Made by a program: the position numbers and the translations under genes. The notes under the pieces were generated by a model. The model saw only the letters and a program-made list of their open reading frames with translations, was not told the origin of the DNA and did not search any database. 64,000 nt of DNA from Thermodesulfobacteriota bacterium (GTDB lineage: Bacteria > Desulfobacterota > Binatia > Bin18). The stretch spans positions 1,792,001 through 1,856,000 of the forward strand of contig OZ219926.1 of NCBI GenBank assembly GCA_964291405.2, in the 5' to 3' direction. Positions within the stretch are counted from its first letter, which is position 1, and each line of letters opens with the position of its first letter. This document shows, one piece after another, positions 1 to 9,868 of the stretch.

Positions 1-79
1 CAATTATTACTCTTGGGATATATACAGTCAAACCTACGCCGTATTATTCAAGGACAGAATAGCGTCCCTACCTGAATAT

Positions 80-1213
80 TTAACTCGCGGCCCGTCCAGG
101 CGGAGGCAGCTCTTCCGCATTCCCAGCGGGCTGAACCGATAGTCCTTCAGGCATATGAATCGTGGAGGTCGGGAAGGCGGCCTGGGCGCCGTGCGCTTCG
201 ATAATCTCCAGGATTTTCAGCAGCACGTCCTGCTTGACCTTGTGGTAGTCGGCCCAATCCGTCGTTTTGGTAAACGTGTAGACAAAGAAATCCAGGGACG
301 ACGGAGCAAAGGTATTGAAATTGACCATCAGAATCCGCGAGGTATCGATCTCGGGATGGGAACGCAGCATCCGCTCAACCGCGTGGACAATGGGCTCCAT
401 CTTATTGGCGTCGTCATAGCGGATGCCGATCGTCTCGTAGATGCGCCGGTTCAACATCCGCGAGGGGTTCTCGACCGCGATCGTGGTGAAGATCGCGTTC
501 GGGACGTATAACGGCCGCTTATCAAAGGTGCGGATACGCGTCAGTCGCCAACCGATCTGCTCAACGTCTCCCTCAATCTCGCGATCCGGAGAGCGGACCC
601 AGTCGCCTACCGCAAACGGACGGTCAAGATAGAGCATCAGGCCCCCGAAAAAATTGGCCAATAAATCCTTGGCGGCAAAGCCGATGGCAAGGCCGCCAAT
701 GCCGCCAAACGCCAGCACGCCGGCGACACTCACCCCCAGCGTCTGCAAGATTACCAAGGTCGCGATAACCGTCACGGTCAGGCGCAGCAGCTTGGCAACG
801 GCATCCATGGTGGTGCGATCGTAGACTGCGCCTGTGTCTTCATATTTGGCGATAGTCGCTTCTTCCCCTTCTCTGATGAGGCGGACCAAAAACCAGGCAA
901 AGAGGAGCACGACTCCCAGCAGGCGCACAGGGCCAAGCGCCGGAAAAAGCGCGAGTTCGGCCTGTTGCCGGACAGTATCAAGGGCCAGGCTCAGACCGAT
1001 AAAAAGCACCAGAAAAGCCAGCGGTCTTTGCAGCGCCGTGACGAACGCGTCGTCCCAATAGGCATGCGAGTCCAGGGCTTTGTGATGTAGACGGTTGAGG
1101 AGCCGCCGCAAAATGAAATGCAACGCGAGGGTGAGGGAAACAATGACAACAATCTGGACCAGCCACGAGGTGAGCCAATCGGGCTTGTCGGCGAAAAGGC
1201 GTGAGAGTTCCAT
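80..1213 (-). CDS. mscS: Small-conductance mechanosensitive channel (MscS family, YnaI-like)
   Basis: Multi-TM N-terminus; GGIGGLAIGFAAKDLLANFFGG pore helix; DRPFAVGDW, IGWRLTRIRTFD and AFPT motifs. Confidence 0.92.
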   Translation of the reverse strand: MELSRLFADKPDWLTSWLVQIVVIVSLTLALHFILRRLLNRLHHKALDSHAYWDDAFVTALQRPLAFLVLFIGLSLALDTVRQQAELALFPALGPVRLLGVVLLFAWFLVRLIREGEEATIAKYEDTGAVYDRTTMDAVAKLLRLTVTVIATLVILQTLGVSVAGVLAFGGIGGLAIGFAAKDLLANFFGGLMLYLDRPFAVGDWVRSPDREIEGDVEQIGWRLTRIRTFDKRPLYVPNAIFTTIAVENPSRMLNRRIYETIGIRYDDANKMEPIVHAVERMLRSHPEIDTSRILMVNFNTFAPSSLDFFVYTFTKTTDWADYHKVKQDVLLKILEIIEAHGAQAAFPTSTIHMPEGLSVQPAGNAEELPPPGRAAS

Positions 1214-1246
1214 ACCTGCCTCTGTCCGGTGTGTGAATGACGGGTC

Positions 1247-1879
1247 TCAACGCAGGATAACCACCCAGCGCGCACTCCAGTATATGAAGAAGAGCGCCAG
1301 CGCCTGGACTACATGGTAGAGCGCATTATAGCTCAAGTACACGGGGTGAAGGCTCCACCGCGCTTGCTGTATTCCCGCAGCAGCCAAGGTCAGGACGAGG
1401 CCGAGCAGGCCGATCAAAATCGCCGACTCACGCCCCTGTTGATACACCAGACCATAGACAACCAACAGGAAAAGCGTAGCCGGCAGATAGTATGAAACGG
1501 CAACCAGGAAATCCCGCGTAACGAACAGCACGACGCCGCAGTAGAGGACGAAGAGCGCAACAGCGCCGTACTGAATCCAGGCAGCCACACTTTCCGAGCA
1601 ATAGAGTCGCGCGCCGATGATCCAGCCGCACAGCGCGGTGACCCCAATCGCAATGAGGGTCGCTCCCCACAGGACGCTATGACCGAAGGTATCTGCGTTG
1701 GGGAAGTAGCCGTGCACCGTCCCACCACTGAGGGCAGCCACGCCGATTGAGGCAAAAAAGATGGCAAACCAGAGACGTAGCGAGCTGTCCGTCTGACCAT
1801 GGACGAGCAGCCAATAGACAAACAGCCCACACTCCAGCGTCAGGGCGTAATCGGTCAGGGTGACATCTGGCTCGTTCAT
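1247..1879 (-). CDS. Integral membrane protein of unknown function (DUF6962-like)
   Basis: About 7 hydrophobic segments; EPDVTLTDY, GGTVHG and YNALYHVVQ motifs. Confidence 0.7.
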   Translation of the reverse strand: MNEPDVTLTDYALTLECGLFVYWLLVHGQTDSSLRLWFAIFFASIGVAALSGGTVHGYFPNADTFGHSVLWGATLIAIGVTALCGWIIGARLYCSESVAAWIQYGAVALFVLYCGVVLFVTRDFLVAVSYYLPATLFLLVVYGLVYQQGRESAILIGLLGLVLTLAAAGIQQARWSLHPVYLSYNALYHVVQALALFFIYWSARWVVILR

Positions 1880-1968
1880 GCTCGTCGTCTTACATCCACT
1901 TCTTGTTCTGGCGTGGTCTTTCCGTTACCACACTGACGAAAAGGATTGAATACAAAAAGGAGGACAGC

Positions 1969-2847
1969 ATGAAATATGGCATTCAACTCGGCGGTGGCGC
2001 GTCCGTGTCCCAACGCGACTCCCTCAAAAAACTCGCCGCAGCCGCAGAAGAGTTGGACTTTGATTCGCTCCTGATCGGCGACCATATTGTCATTCCCAAA
2101 CAGATCAGCTCCCCCTGGCCTTACGACGAATATGTGGGCGGCAAGACGCCGTATGCGGTCTATACCGAAATGGTCTGGCTGGACCCGTTCGACACCATGG
2201 CCTTTCTGGCGGCGATTACCGAACGGGTCCGCCTCGGGATCAGCGTCGTGATCGTGCCGTATCGGCACCCCTTTGATGTTGCGCGTCGCGTGGCCACCAT
2301 TGATGTGCTGTCCGGCGGGCGTTTTATTATGGGCATTGGAGTCGGCTGGTTGGAAGACGAATTTCGTCTGCTGAATATCCCCTTTACCGAGCGCGGCGCC
2401 CGCACGCGTGAGTATATTACCATGATGCAGGCCCTGTGGACTCAGGATTCGCCCCGTTTTTCCGGAAAATTCGTCGAGTTGCAGGAAGATGTCAACGTCT
2501 TGCCCCGCCCACTCCAAAAGCCCCATCCGCCCATCTGGGTTGGGGGAGAATCCAAGCCGGCGTTGAGGCGCGTGGCTGCTTTCGGCAATGGCTGGCACTG
2601 TGGCTTGGTCCTGCCCGAGCGGATTCCCGGCCTGCTGGATCAAATCAAGGACCTTATGGACGAGGCCGGGCGCGATTTTAACGAATTGGAGATTACCGCG
2701 CTGGCCCTCTCCAATAGAGCTGGCGACAAAGAGCTTGACGCGTACCGCACCGCCGGCGTTGACGTGCTCTATATGCTGCCGCTGAGCGACGAGACCGATG
2801 CCGTCATTGAGGAAATGCGCGCTTTTGCCGAGCGAATGAAAAATTAA
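1969..2847 (+). CDS. LLM-class (probably F420-dependent) oxidoreductase
   Basis: AEELDFDSLLIGDH, DVLSGGRF, GVGW and PPIWVGG motifs; ATG at 1969 after an AGGAGG RBS. Confidence 0.9.
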   Translation: MKYGIQLGGGASVSQRDSLKKLAAAAEELDFDSLLIGDHIVIPKQISSPWPYDEYVGGKTPYAVYTEMVWLDPFDTMAFLAAITERVRLGISVVIVPYRHPFDVARRVATIDVLSGGRFIMGIGVGWLEDEFRLLNIPFTERGARTREYITMMQALWTQDSPRFSGKFVELQEDVNVLPRPLQKPHPPIWVGGESKPALRRVAAFGNGWHCGLVLPERIPGLLDQIKDLMDEAGRDFNELEITALALSNRAGDKELDAYRTAGVDVLYMLPLSDETDAVIEEMRAFAERMKN

Positions 2848-2848
2848 A

Positions 2849-3481
2849 TTAAGCGGTCCGCGGCTCCCGGGCCTGTGTGACCCCAATCATACTGTCTCGG
2901 GTGACCAGCTCGGTGAGTGCCTCCTCGCTCATGCCCTCGGTTCCGGCTGGCCGCCGGGGGATCACTAAGTAGCGCATATCGGCCGTGCTGTCGTACACGC
3001 GGACTTCTATATCGGGCGCGAATTCTAAGCCAAATTCTTTGAGGACGGTCCGCGGCTCTTTCACCACCCGTGCTCGGTAATTGAGACTTTTATACCAGTC
3101 GGGCGGCACGCCAAGGAGAGAACGGGGGTAGCAGGAACACAGGGTACACACCACGACATTATGAATAGTCGGCGTGTTCTCCACCGCCACCAGCGTACTC
3201 CAGGTGTCCACGTCAATGCCCAGCGTGGCAATGGCCGCCTTGGCGTCGGCAAGCAGGTGTTGCTTAAAGTGCGGATCGACCCAGGCGCGCGCAATCACCC
3301 GCGCTCCGACTGCGGGAGAGCGGGCATCCATATCTTCGACCGCCCGCCGCACGTCATCCGCGCTCAACAGTCCCTTTTCGATCAGCAGGGCCTGAATGGC
3401 TTCTACCCGCTGCTCGTAATAGGCCAGCTCGGCATCCTCTTCAAGCGGCAGGTGAGGGTCGGGGGCGTCGTGTTCGTGCAT
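2849..3481 (-). CDS. Nitrile hydratase alpha / thiocyanate hydrolase gamma-type subunit (Co-type)
   Basis: VCTLCSCYP metal-binding motif; ARAWVDP, PPDWYKS and LVTRDSMIG. Confidence 0.93.
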   Translation of the reverse strand: MHEHDAPDPHLPLEEDAELAYYEQRVEAIQALLIEKGLLSADDVRRAVEDMDARSPAVGARVIARAWVDPHFKQHLLADAKAAIATLGIDVDTWSTLVAVENTPTIHNVVVCTLCSCYPRSLLGVPPDWYKSLNYRARVVKEPRTVLKEFGLEFAPDIEVRVYDSTADMRYLVIPRRPAGTEGMSEEALTELVTRDSMIGVTQAREPRTA

Positions 3482-3484
3482 CGT

Positions 3485-3790
3485 TTACTCCTCGGGAGCT
3501 GGCTCCAGCCAGTGTTCATAGATATCGATCAACAGCCGGTCATTCTGACAGAAAGGGGTAGATTCGGCGGATTCGGCGTGTACCCACATATGGGCTTGAT
3601 CAAAGCGGACTAAATACAGCGTTTGCTTAGGGCGTCCGTCTCCGCCATACGCCAGCGTCTCGGGGTTACGGAACGCGCCGTGGACCGCCTCGATGACGCC
3701 GACTTTGCCCTGAATATAAGTCGGCGTCCGGTAATGACCGGACGGGGTAGCAATTCGGATACGCACCCGATCTCCGGGCTGATACTGCAT
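3485..3790 (-). CDS. NHase beta C-terminal SH3-like subunit (thiocyanate hydrolase alpha-type)
   Basis: GHYRTPTYIQGKVG, NPETLAYG, LYLVRF and DIYEHWLEPA. Confidence 0.88.
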   Translation of the reverse strand: MQYQPGDRVRIRIATPSGHYRTPTYIQGKVGVIEAVHGAFRNPETLAYGGDGRPKQTLYLVRFDQAHMWVHAESAESTPFCQNDRLLIDIYEHWLEPAPEE

Positions 3791-3799
3791 CGTCCGTCC

Positions 3800-4585
3800 C
3801 TAGTAGGCCGACAGTCCGCCGTCAACCGGCACGACCGCGCCGGTCATCATGCGGGCTTCGTCCGAGGCTAGAAAGAGGGCCACCCGGGCGATATCTTCAG
3901 GCTCACCCACCGAGAACGGATACTTCTTCAGTTGAGATTCCAGGTTGACGATACCGGACTGGCCGGCCGTCTGTGGCCTGTCTACGCCCAGGCGTTGCCG
4001 TACCCGGTCGGTCATGATCACGCCCGGACAGATCGCGTTGGCGCGAATCTTGTCCTTGGCATACGTCCCGGCCAGCACCTGGGTAAAAGCAATGACGCCA
4101 CCCTTGGCGGCGGTATAGACATGCAGCGGAAATGATCCGCGCAAAGCGACGACGGAGGACATATTGACAATCGCGCCACCACCGGCCTTGACGAGTTCAG
4201 GAATCCCGTACCGGCAGCACAAAAACGGGCCGAGCAAATCGAGCGACTGGGTATGCTGCCAGACCGACATATCAACCTCAGTCACCGTCGTGTCTTCGGC
4301 AATTGACCCGCCCGCACAGTTGTACAGAATATCGAGCCTAGCATAGCGCGCTACCGTTTGGTGGATAGCGTTTTTCACACTCTCTTCTTGGGTAACATCG
4401 GTTTCTATGAAAACCGCCTCTCCACCGGCGTCACGGACCAAGCGTTCGGTTTCGCGGCCGAGCTCGGGCTTGAGTTCGGCAATGACGACCTGTGCTCCCT
4501 CTTGGGTAAAAATCCGGGCAGCAGAGCGGGCAATGCCCGAACCCGCCCCGGTAATGAATGCGACTTTGCCATCGAGGCGTCCCAT
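3800..4585 (-). CDS. SDR family oxidoreductase
   Basis: TGAGSGIA, YNCAG, YTAAKGG, and GAVVPVDGG. Confidence 0.93.
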   Translation of the reverse strand: MGRLDGKVAFITGAGSGIARSAARIFTQEGAQVVIAELKPELGRETERLVRDAGGEAVFIETDVTQEESVKNAIHQTVARYARLDILYNCAGGSIAEDTTVTEVDMSVWQHTQSLDLLGPFLCCRYGIPELVKAGGGAIVNMSSVVALRGSFPLHVYTAAKGGVIAFTQVLAGTYAKDKIRANAICPGVIMTDRVRQRLGVDRPQTAGQSGIVNLESQLKKYPFSVGEPEDIARVALFLASDEARMMTGAVVPVDGGLSAY

Positions 4586-4609
4586 CTCTTCCTCCTTTCA
4601 AGCCAGACT

Positions 4610-4933
4610 TCACTCCCCAGTTTCGATTTTACGCTGCTCCACGATCTGTTCAGCCTTGCGGTCAATCTCAGCTTTGGTGAGAACGTTCTTTTCAATCAGG
4701 AGGGTTTCAATCGCGCTGATCCAGCGTTCGTAATAACTCATGGTTTCATATGCCTCGGGCGGCAGACTCTCGATCGCCCGCCGCAACTCATCCACCCGGA
4801 TGACGCGTCGGTCCGCACTACTCAATAGCACGAGGAGTGCGTCGGTCCGCTTCTCCCAGAACGACAGTTCATGTTCCGCCTTGTTGATGGGTCCGGCATT
4901 AGGCCAGCCCCCACGGTCATGTACCCCCGGCAT
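4610..4933 (-). CDS. NHase beta N-terminal subunit (thiocyanate hydrolase beta-type)
   Basis: MPGVHDRGG, WEKR, DELRRAIE and YYERW; start re-called to ATG at 4933 after a GGAAGGA RBS. Confidence 0.88.
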   Translation of the reverse strand: MPGVHDRGGWPNAGPINKAEHELSFWEKRTDALLVLLSSADRRVIRVDELRRAIESLPPEAYETMSYYERWISAIETLLIEKNVLTKAEIDRKAEQIVEQRKIETGE

Positions 4934-5051
4934 GCGACCATCCTTCCTTTTTTTGGGCGGGTCTTTGTATTCTTCTGCCTCAAAAGCCGTGTAAATGGAA
5001 GTACTGAAACAGAGTTTGTCTTCCCTCCGGGGCTCGGTTATAGTCGGCCCC

Positions 5052-5918
5052 ATGCTGAAGGCCGGTGATATCACCATTCACTTTTTGAACGACGGATTGT
5101 GGTGGGATGACGGCGGCGCGCAGTTCGGCATTGTCCCGCGTGAAATCTGGCAACGAGAGAAGCAACCCAACGAGCGCGGGCGCATTACCATGAGTCTGAC
5201 CTGCCCGCTGATTGTGACTCAGAGTGAGCTCATCGTCGTTGACACCGGCATCGGGAATCGGCTGAGTGCACGCGAGCAACAATTTTTTACGCCCCGGCGC
5301 GGAAGCGGTCTGACTGGCCAGCTTCGCGCTCTCGGTTACACAAGGGAGGACGTGACCCACGTCGTACTGAGCCATCTCCATTTTGATCATGTGGGCGGCG
5401 TCATTGATAAAGCGGACGACGGCACGATCACGCCGACTTTTCCCAACGCCCGTGTGGTTCTACAACGAGCGGAGTGGGAGTTGGCAATCCATCCGCCGGA
5501 CGAACGTCTTGCCGCGGCCTACCGACACGCCCCGGAATGCCTGGAGCCGCTTGCGAACATTGATCTCATCAACGGTGATACGACGCTGACCACTCACATT
5601 CGCACAACCGTCTCAGGCGGCCATACCAGCCCTCACCAGTGCGTCATTGTTGAAACGGGTGGAACCGGCCTGATTCACTTCGCCGATATTGTGCCGACGA
5701 CCGCGCACCTGCGTCTCGCCTGGAACGCCGCGTATGACACTGATCCGTTAGCAACGATTGCCGCGAAAAAACGGCTCTACGCCGAGGCCAGACAGAAAAA
5801 TTTATGGGTTTCGTTTTCTCACGACGACGTGGTCGCCGCCGGACGTTTTTCGGACGAAGCAGGAAGAACGCCGACGCTGGCGGAGACGATTCCCATCGCC
5901 CCTCCCAGCGGAGCATAG
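5052..5918 (+). CDS. MBL-fold metallo-hydrolase (YtnP/AHL-lactonase-like)
   Basis: DGGAQFGIVP, SHLHFDHVGG, GGHT and HD motifs. Confidence 0.88.
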   Translation: MLKAGDITIHFLNDGLWWDDGGAQFGIVPREIWQREKQPNERGRITMSLTCPLIVTQSELIVVDTGIGNRLSAREQQFFTPRRGSGLTGQLRALGYTREDVTHVVLSHLHFDHVGGVIDKADDGTITPTFPNARVVLQRAEWELAIHPPDERLAAAYRHAPECLEPLANIDLINGDTTLTTHIRTTVSGGHTSPHQCVIVETGGTGLIHFADIVPTTAHLRLAWNAAYDTDPLATIAAKKRLYAEARQKNLWVSFSHDDVVAAGRFSDEAGRTPTLAETIPIAPPSGA

Positions 5919-5923
5919 ACCGC

Positions 5924-6835
5924 CTATTCAACCGAGAGCTCGACGCGACGATTTACGGCTCTGCCTTCCGGATTGTCCGAACCGTCATCTCTGGCGTTGG
6001 GAGCCAGGGGTTCGATCTCTCCTCGCCCCACGACTCGAAGACGGTCGGCGGCAATCCCACTCGTTACCAGATAGTCTCGGACCGCTTCCGCCCGAGCGCG
6101 GGAGAGTCTCAGGTTAAACGACTCGGAGCCAACCGCGTCAGCATAGCCCTCAATCAGGACGGACAGTGTCGGATTGTCGTTGAGAATACGAACCGTCTCA
6201 TTCAGTTCCGACAGGAATTCCGGTCGAATCGTTCGGTCGTTAAAAGCAAAGGGAATTCCCCGCAGAACGACATCTTTCGGGGTTGTTTCCTCCTTTGGGA
6301 TTGCTTCGGCCTGTAGAGCTGCTTCGTCCTTTTTTACAGAAGGCGGGGGAGGTAAGGGAGACCGGGCCGGCTGCGCGCTCGCCTCTTGATCGGACGCCTT
6401 CTGCTCATTTGCCGTCTCTGACACACTGACGTGCTCGCCGAGATCGTCCGCGTCGTCATAGAGCAGGATTCCTATCGCGCCAACAAGCAACACTACCCCA
6501 ACGAGGGCAGACACGCGCCAATACGCGAGAATGAAAGCGGGAGAGAAACCGGCGAACAGTCCAAGCAAGTACGGCACCAGGAAAGACCAGTCGGCGGCAA
6601 GGACAGCGAGAAGTCCACCGGTGACGACAGTTCCAAGGAGGGCGACCAGAAACTTCTGCGGAGCGCGAAAGGATGTGGAACGAACGGCTTTCAGACGACG
6701 ATTAGGGCGTTTATGAACTCCTTGGAGGGATCGAGCAGCCCTCGCCATCCAGTGGATATTCAGTTGCGGCCAGACTTGGCCGTGGATCATGCCCCACACG
6801 AACCCGCACAGAACAGCAGCAAGCCCAATAAGCAC
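5924..6835 (-). CDS. Membrane protein with C-terminal OmpA-like peptidoglycan-binding domain
   Basis: IEGYADAVG, NLRLSRARAEAV, GRGE and NRRVEL; N-terminal TM helices; start uncertain. Confidence 0.85.
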   Translation of the reverse strand: MLIGLAAVLCGFVWGMIHGQVWPQLNIHWMARAARSLQGVHKRPNRRLKAVRSTSFRAPQKFLVALLGTVVTGGLLAVLAADWSFLVPYLLGLFAGFSPAFILAYWRVSALVGVVLLVGAIGILLYDDADDLGEHVSVSETANEQKASDQEASAQPARSPLPPPPSVKKDEAALQAEAIPKEETTPKDVVLRGIPFAFNDRTIRPEFLSELNETVRILNDNPTLSVLIEGYADAVGSESFNLRLSRARAEAVRDYLVTSGIAADRLRVVGRGEIEPLAPNARDDGSDNPEGRAVNRRVELSVE

Positions 6836-7026
6836 GCCAATACTATAGCGCCTCCATGCTTAAACGCTAGGGTGAGGCTCATACTACTCCCCTCTCGACA
6901 GGTCGTTGAGCCGTCGAGACGGGATACCGCTACTCAGACGAACTCCACTTGTTGAGACGCGTGCCAACGCGATAGGCTTGGACACTTCGCGCACCGAGCA
7001 AGTGTGCCCGTAGTGCAGCATATCGT

Positions 7027-8337
7027 ATGGATACGCCTTCCTTGACTCCCGCTTCAGACCGAAAACCGCGTGTCTTTTACGGATGGTGGTTAGTCGCACT
7101 CAGCGGCTTCATCATGATGCTGGCCCATGTCCCACTGTTTCACGCTATGGGTGTGTGGGCCGTTGCCCTGGAACGAGAGTTTGGCTGGAGTCGGACCCAA
7201 CTCGGCCTGGCCCTGACGTTTACCCGTATTGAGGGCGGCCTCATGGGCCCGGTCGAGGGGTATCTGACCGATCGTCTCGGCACACGCCGTATGGTCCTCA
7301 TGGGTCTCTTTTTTCTTGCCACCGGGTTCCTGTTGTTGAGTCAGGTTGAGGGTCTATGGATGTTTTACACCGCCTATGTCGTCATGGCTGTCGGACAGGG
7401 ATTTGGCGGCTGGCTGCCAATCATGACGATGCTGAACCACTGGTTTGTCCGACGCCGGGCAAGCGCAGTCGGCTGGGCCAATGTTGGCAGTCGCTTGGGG
7501 GCATTATTCCTTGTCCCGGCAATTGCCTGGGCCATTGATCCCGATTATGAGCGTCTCGGCTGGCGGACGACTGCCCTGTTGCTAGCGGTCTTCACCGTTG
7601 TTGTTGCGGTTCCGCTGACGCGGCTCATCCGTGACCGACCGCAGGACTCTGGCCTGCTGCCCGATGGCGGGCCGATATGGCAAAGAGACGAAGCACGTAG
7701 TCCAGCGACATCCCCGCATATCAGCCCTGCTCCCAGTCCCGACCTGACCGCGGCTCAGGCACTCAGAACACCTGCCTTTTGGCTCATCTCCTTTGGCCAC
7801 GGTTTTACCTCCATGGTGCTCTTGGCCATTATGGCCCACCTGGGACTGCTGATGGAGGATGCGGGCTTTTCGGTTCAGACAACGGCCTGGCTGGTGTCTG
7901 TGTACACCGCTGTTTCCATGGTTTTTCAGCTCGTGGGCGGCTATGTCGGCGATCGCATGCCCAAACGTATCGCCCTGTTTATCTTTTCTTCTCTCCAGGC
8001 GGCCGGCGTGGTCGTGCTGACGTTCTCGACTTCGACCCCTATGCTCGTCCTCTTCGCCGTCCTCTTTGGCATAGGATTCGGTGGGCGGAATCCGCTCACG
8101 GTTGCGATTCGGGGCGACTACTTTGGTCAAACCTCTTTTGGCAGGATTCTCGGGCTGTCTACTGTCCCGATGAATATCCTCATGCTTGTCGCGCCACCCT
8201 TTGCCGGTTGGATGCGTGATGTTCGGGGAGACTATATCCTGGCTTTTTGGGTCTTGGCGGCGTGCAGTTTCCTGGGTGGTCTCTGCTTTCTGTTTGCCAA
8301 GAATCCCAGACTGGCACCCTCACCACCCGCCCGATAA
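7027..8337 (+). CDS. MFS transporter
   Basis: FYGWW start; GYLTDRLGTRR and GYVGDRMPKR motif A copies; about 12 TM. Confidence 0.92.
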   Translation: MDTPSLTPASDRKPRVFYGWWLVALSGFIMMLAHVPLFHAMGVWAVALEREFGWSRTQLGLALTFTRIEGGLMGPVEGYLTDRLGTRRMVLMGLFFLATGFLLLSQVEGLWMFYTAYVVMAVGQGFGGWLPIMTMLNHWFVRRRASAVGWANVGSRLGALFLVPAIAWAIDPDYERLGWRTTALLLAVFTVVVAVPLTRLIRDRPQDSGLLPDGGPIWQRDEARSPATSPHISPAPSPDLTAAQALRTPAFWLISFGHGFTSMVLLAIMAHLGLLMEDAGFSVQTTAWLVSVYTAVSMVFQLVGGYVGDRMPKRIALFIFSSLQAAGVVVLTFSTSTPMLVLFAVLFGIGFGGRNPLTVAIRGDYFGQTSFGRILGLSTVPMNILMLVAPPFAGWMRDVRGDYILAFWVLAACSFLGGLCFLFAKNPRLAPSPPAR

Positions 8338-8340
8338 GAA

Positions 8341-8370
8341 TTGACAGGTCTATTCACGTCCTCCTAGAAT
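8341..8370 (+). promoter_or_regulatory. Sigma70-type promoter for the cytidylate-kinase-like/DHOD-like operon
   Basis: TTGACA-18 nt-TAGAAT; a TATAAT also at 8392-8397. Confidence 0.55.
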
Positions 8371-8431
8371 ACGAGTCCTGGGAGTCTCCCGTATAATCAG
8401 TTTCCGCGAAGACTCCGAGGAAGGACCCATT

Positions 8432-9076
8432 ATGAATACGCCCATCACCCTGCTCACGCTGTCTCACCAGTACGGCAGCGGGGGAAGCCTGATTGCTCGC
8501 GACCTTGGCCAACGCCTCAACTGGAAAGTCTGGGACAAGGAAATTGTCCGAACCATTGCGTCCCAACAACATGTCTCTGAGGATTATATTGAAACCAAAG
8601 ACGAACGCGTGGGTTCGTTTATCGAACGCGTCGTCGAATCCTTTGGCGTCGGCGGTTTTGAAAGCGCGTATAACATTCCGCCGCCGCTGCGTCTCAAAGA
8701 CAGCCAACTCGCGCGCCTGACCCGCAAGCTGATCGAAGAAGTCGCGCAGGAGGGTAGCGCTATTATTGTCGGACGCGGGGGGAACTGCATTCTGGCCAAC
8801 AGACCAAAGACCCTCCACGTCTTTGTTTTTGCCGCGCTCGATGCCCGTATTGAGCGCGTGATGAATGTGGAGGGCCTCACCACGGACGAGGCCAAGCGAC
8901 GCATCACCGGGATGGATAAACTGCGGACAGATTACGTCCACAAGTGCTACCAGGCGGACTGGCGCGACGCGGACGGGTATAATCTCCAACTCGACTCAAG
9001 CGTGTGGGGCGAGACGGGAACCGCAGATTTCATTCTCCAGGCGTTGGAACAGCATACCGAGCCTGTTCGGAGCTGA
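8432..9076 (+). CDS. Cytidylate kinase-like family protein
   Basis: TLSHQYGSGGSLIA, IIVGRGG and YNLQLDSS. Confidence 0.85.
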   Translation: MNTPITLLTLSHQYGSGGSLIARDLGQRLNWKVWDKEIVRTIASQQHVSEDYIETKDERVGSFIERVVESFGVGGFESAYNIPPPLRLKDSQLARLTRKLIEEVAQEGSAIIVGRGGNCILANRPKTLHVFVFAALDARIERVMNVEGLTTDEAKRRITGMDKLRTDYVHKCYQADWRDADGYNLQLDSSVWGETGTADFILQALEQHTEPVRS

Positions 9077-9091
9077 GCCAGGGGTAGCAGC

Positions 9092-9868
9092 ATGACACCC
9101 ACGACTCCGATCATTGCCAATATTCATTTTCCTTTTAGTTTGATGAATGCAGCCGGTGCATTATCGACCACGCGAGCAGAGTTGCTCGCCCAGGCCCATT
9201 CGGAAAGCGGTGCTGTTGTCACCAAGTCGATTACACCAACGTCGTTTCTTGACCCTGGAGCGCAATGTGGCCTGGAAAACCCCGGAACCGACTACTACGC
9301 TAAGGTCATTCCAGAACTGCGTCAGTGGAACAAGCCGGTGATTGCCAGTGTTGCCGGGCTTACCATCGAAGAGTTCGTTCAGGTTGCGCAGACACTGACG
9401 CAAGCCGGTGCGGACCTGATTGAGATGAATCTGAACGATCCGCATGTGCATATCCATGTGAATCCGTTTCAGTCTATCGAACGCTTGGACGAGGTCGTTT
9501 CAGCGCTCCGCAGACAGATTGCCGCCCCGCTTGCCATCAAGCTCCCGGCTACGGTTCCACTTACACTTTCGGATGTCGTACACACCTTGGTCCGGAACGA
9601 TATTCCCGTTGTCATGTGTCACAATACCAGCGCGAACAGCGGTCCGTCTCAGGCCCAGGCCGTTCTTGAGGCAGCGGAGGGAAAACTCGATGTGATCGGC
9701 GTGGGTGGTGTATCAACCGGCACGCAGGCGCTCGCTATTCTCCAACAGGGCGTGAAGGCCATTCAGGTCGGCTCGGCGGTCGTCAAGGAAGGCGTCGGGG
9801 TATTCGCGCGACTAAAACACGAACTGGGGGAGTTAATAGGGACGGATACCGCAAAGTTGGCATCCTAG
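9092..9868 (+). CDS. Dihydroorotate dehydrogenase-like FMN TIM-barrel protein (atypical active site)
   Basis: NAAG, VTKS, GLENPG, IKL, IGVGGV and QVGS; EMNLNDPH where ELNxSCPN is expected. Confidence 0.75.
   Translation: MTPTTPIIANIHFPFSLMNAAGALSTTRAELLAQAHSESGAVVTKSITPTSFLDPGAQCGLENPGTDYYAKVIPELRQWNKPVIASVAGLTIEEFVQVAQTLTQAGADLIEMNLNDPHVHIHVNPFQSIERLDEVVSALRRQIAAPLAIKLPATVPLTLSDVVHTLVRNDIPVVMCHNTSANSGPSQAQAVLEAAEGKLDVIGVGGVSTGTQALAILQQGVKAIQVGSAVVKEGVGVFARLKHELGELIGTDTAKLAS

Noticed and set aside
1876-2886. Long antisense ORFs (also 28307-29284, 55290-56198, 54015-54731, 20655-21569)
   Set aside because: Shadow frames of well-supported genes in GC-rich DNA; no motifs
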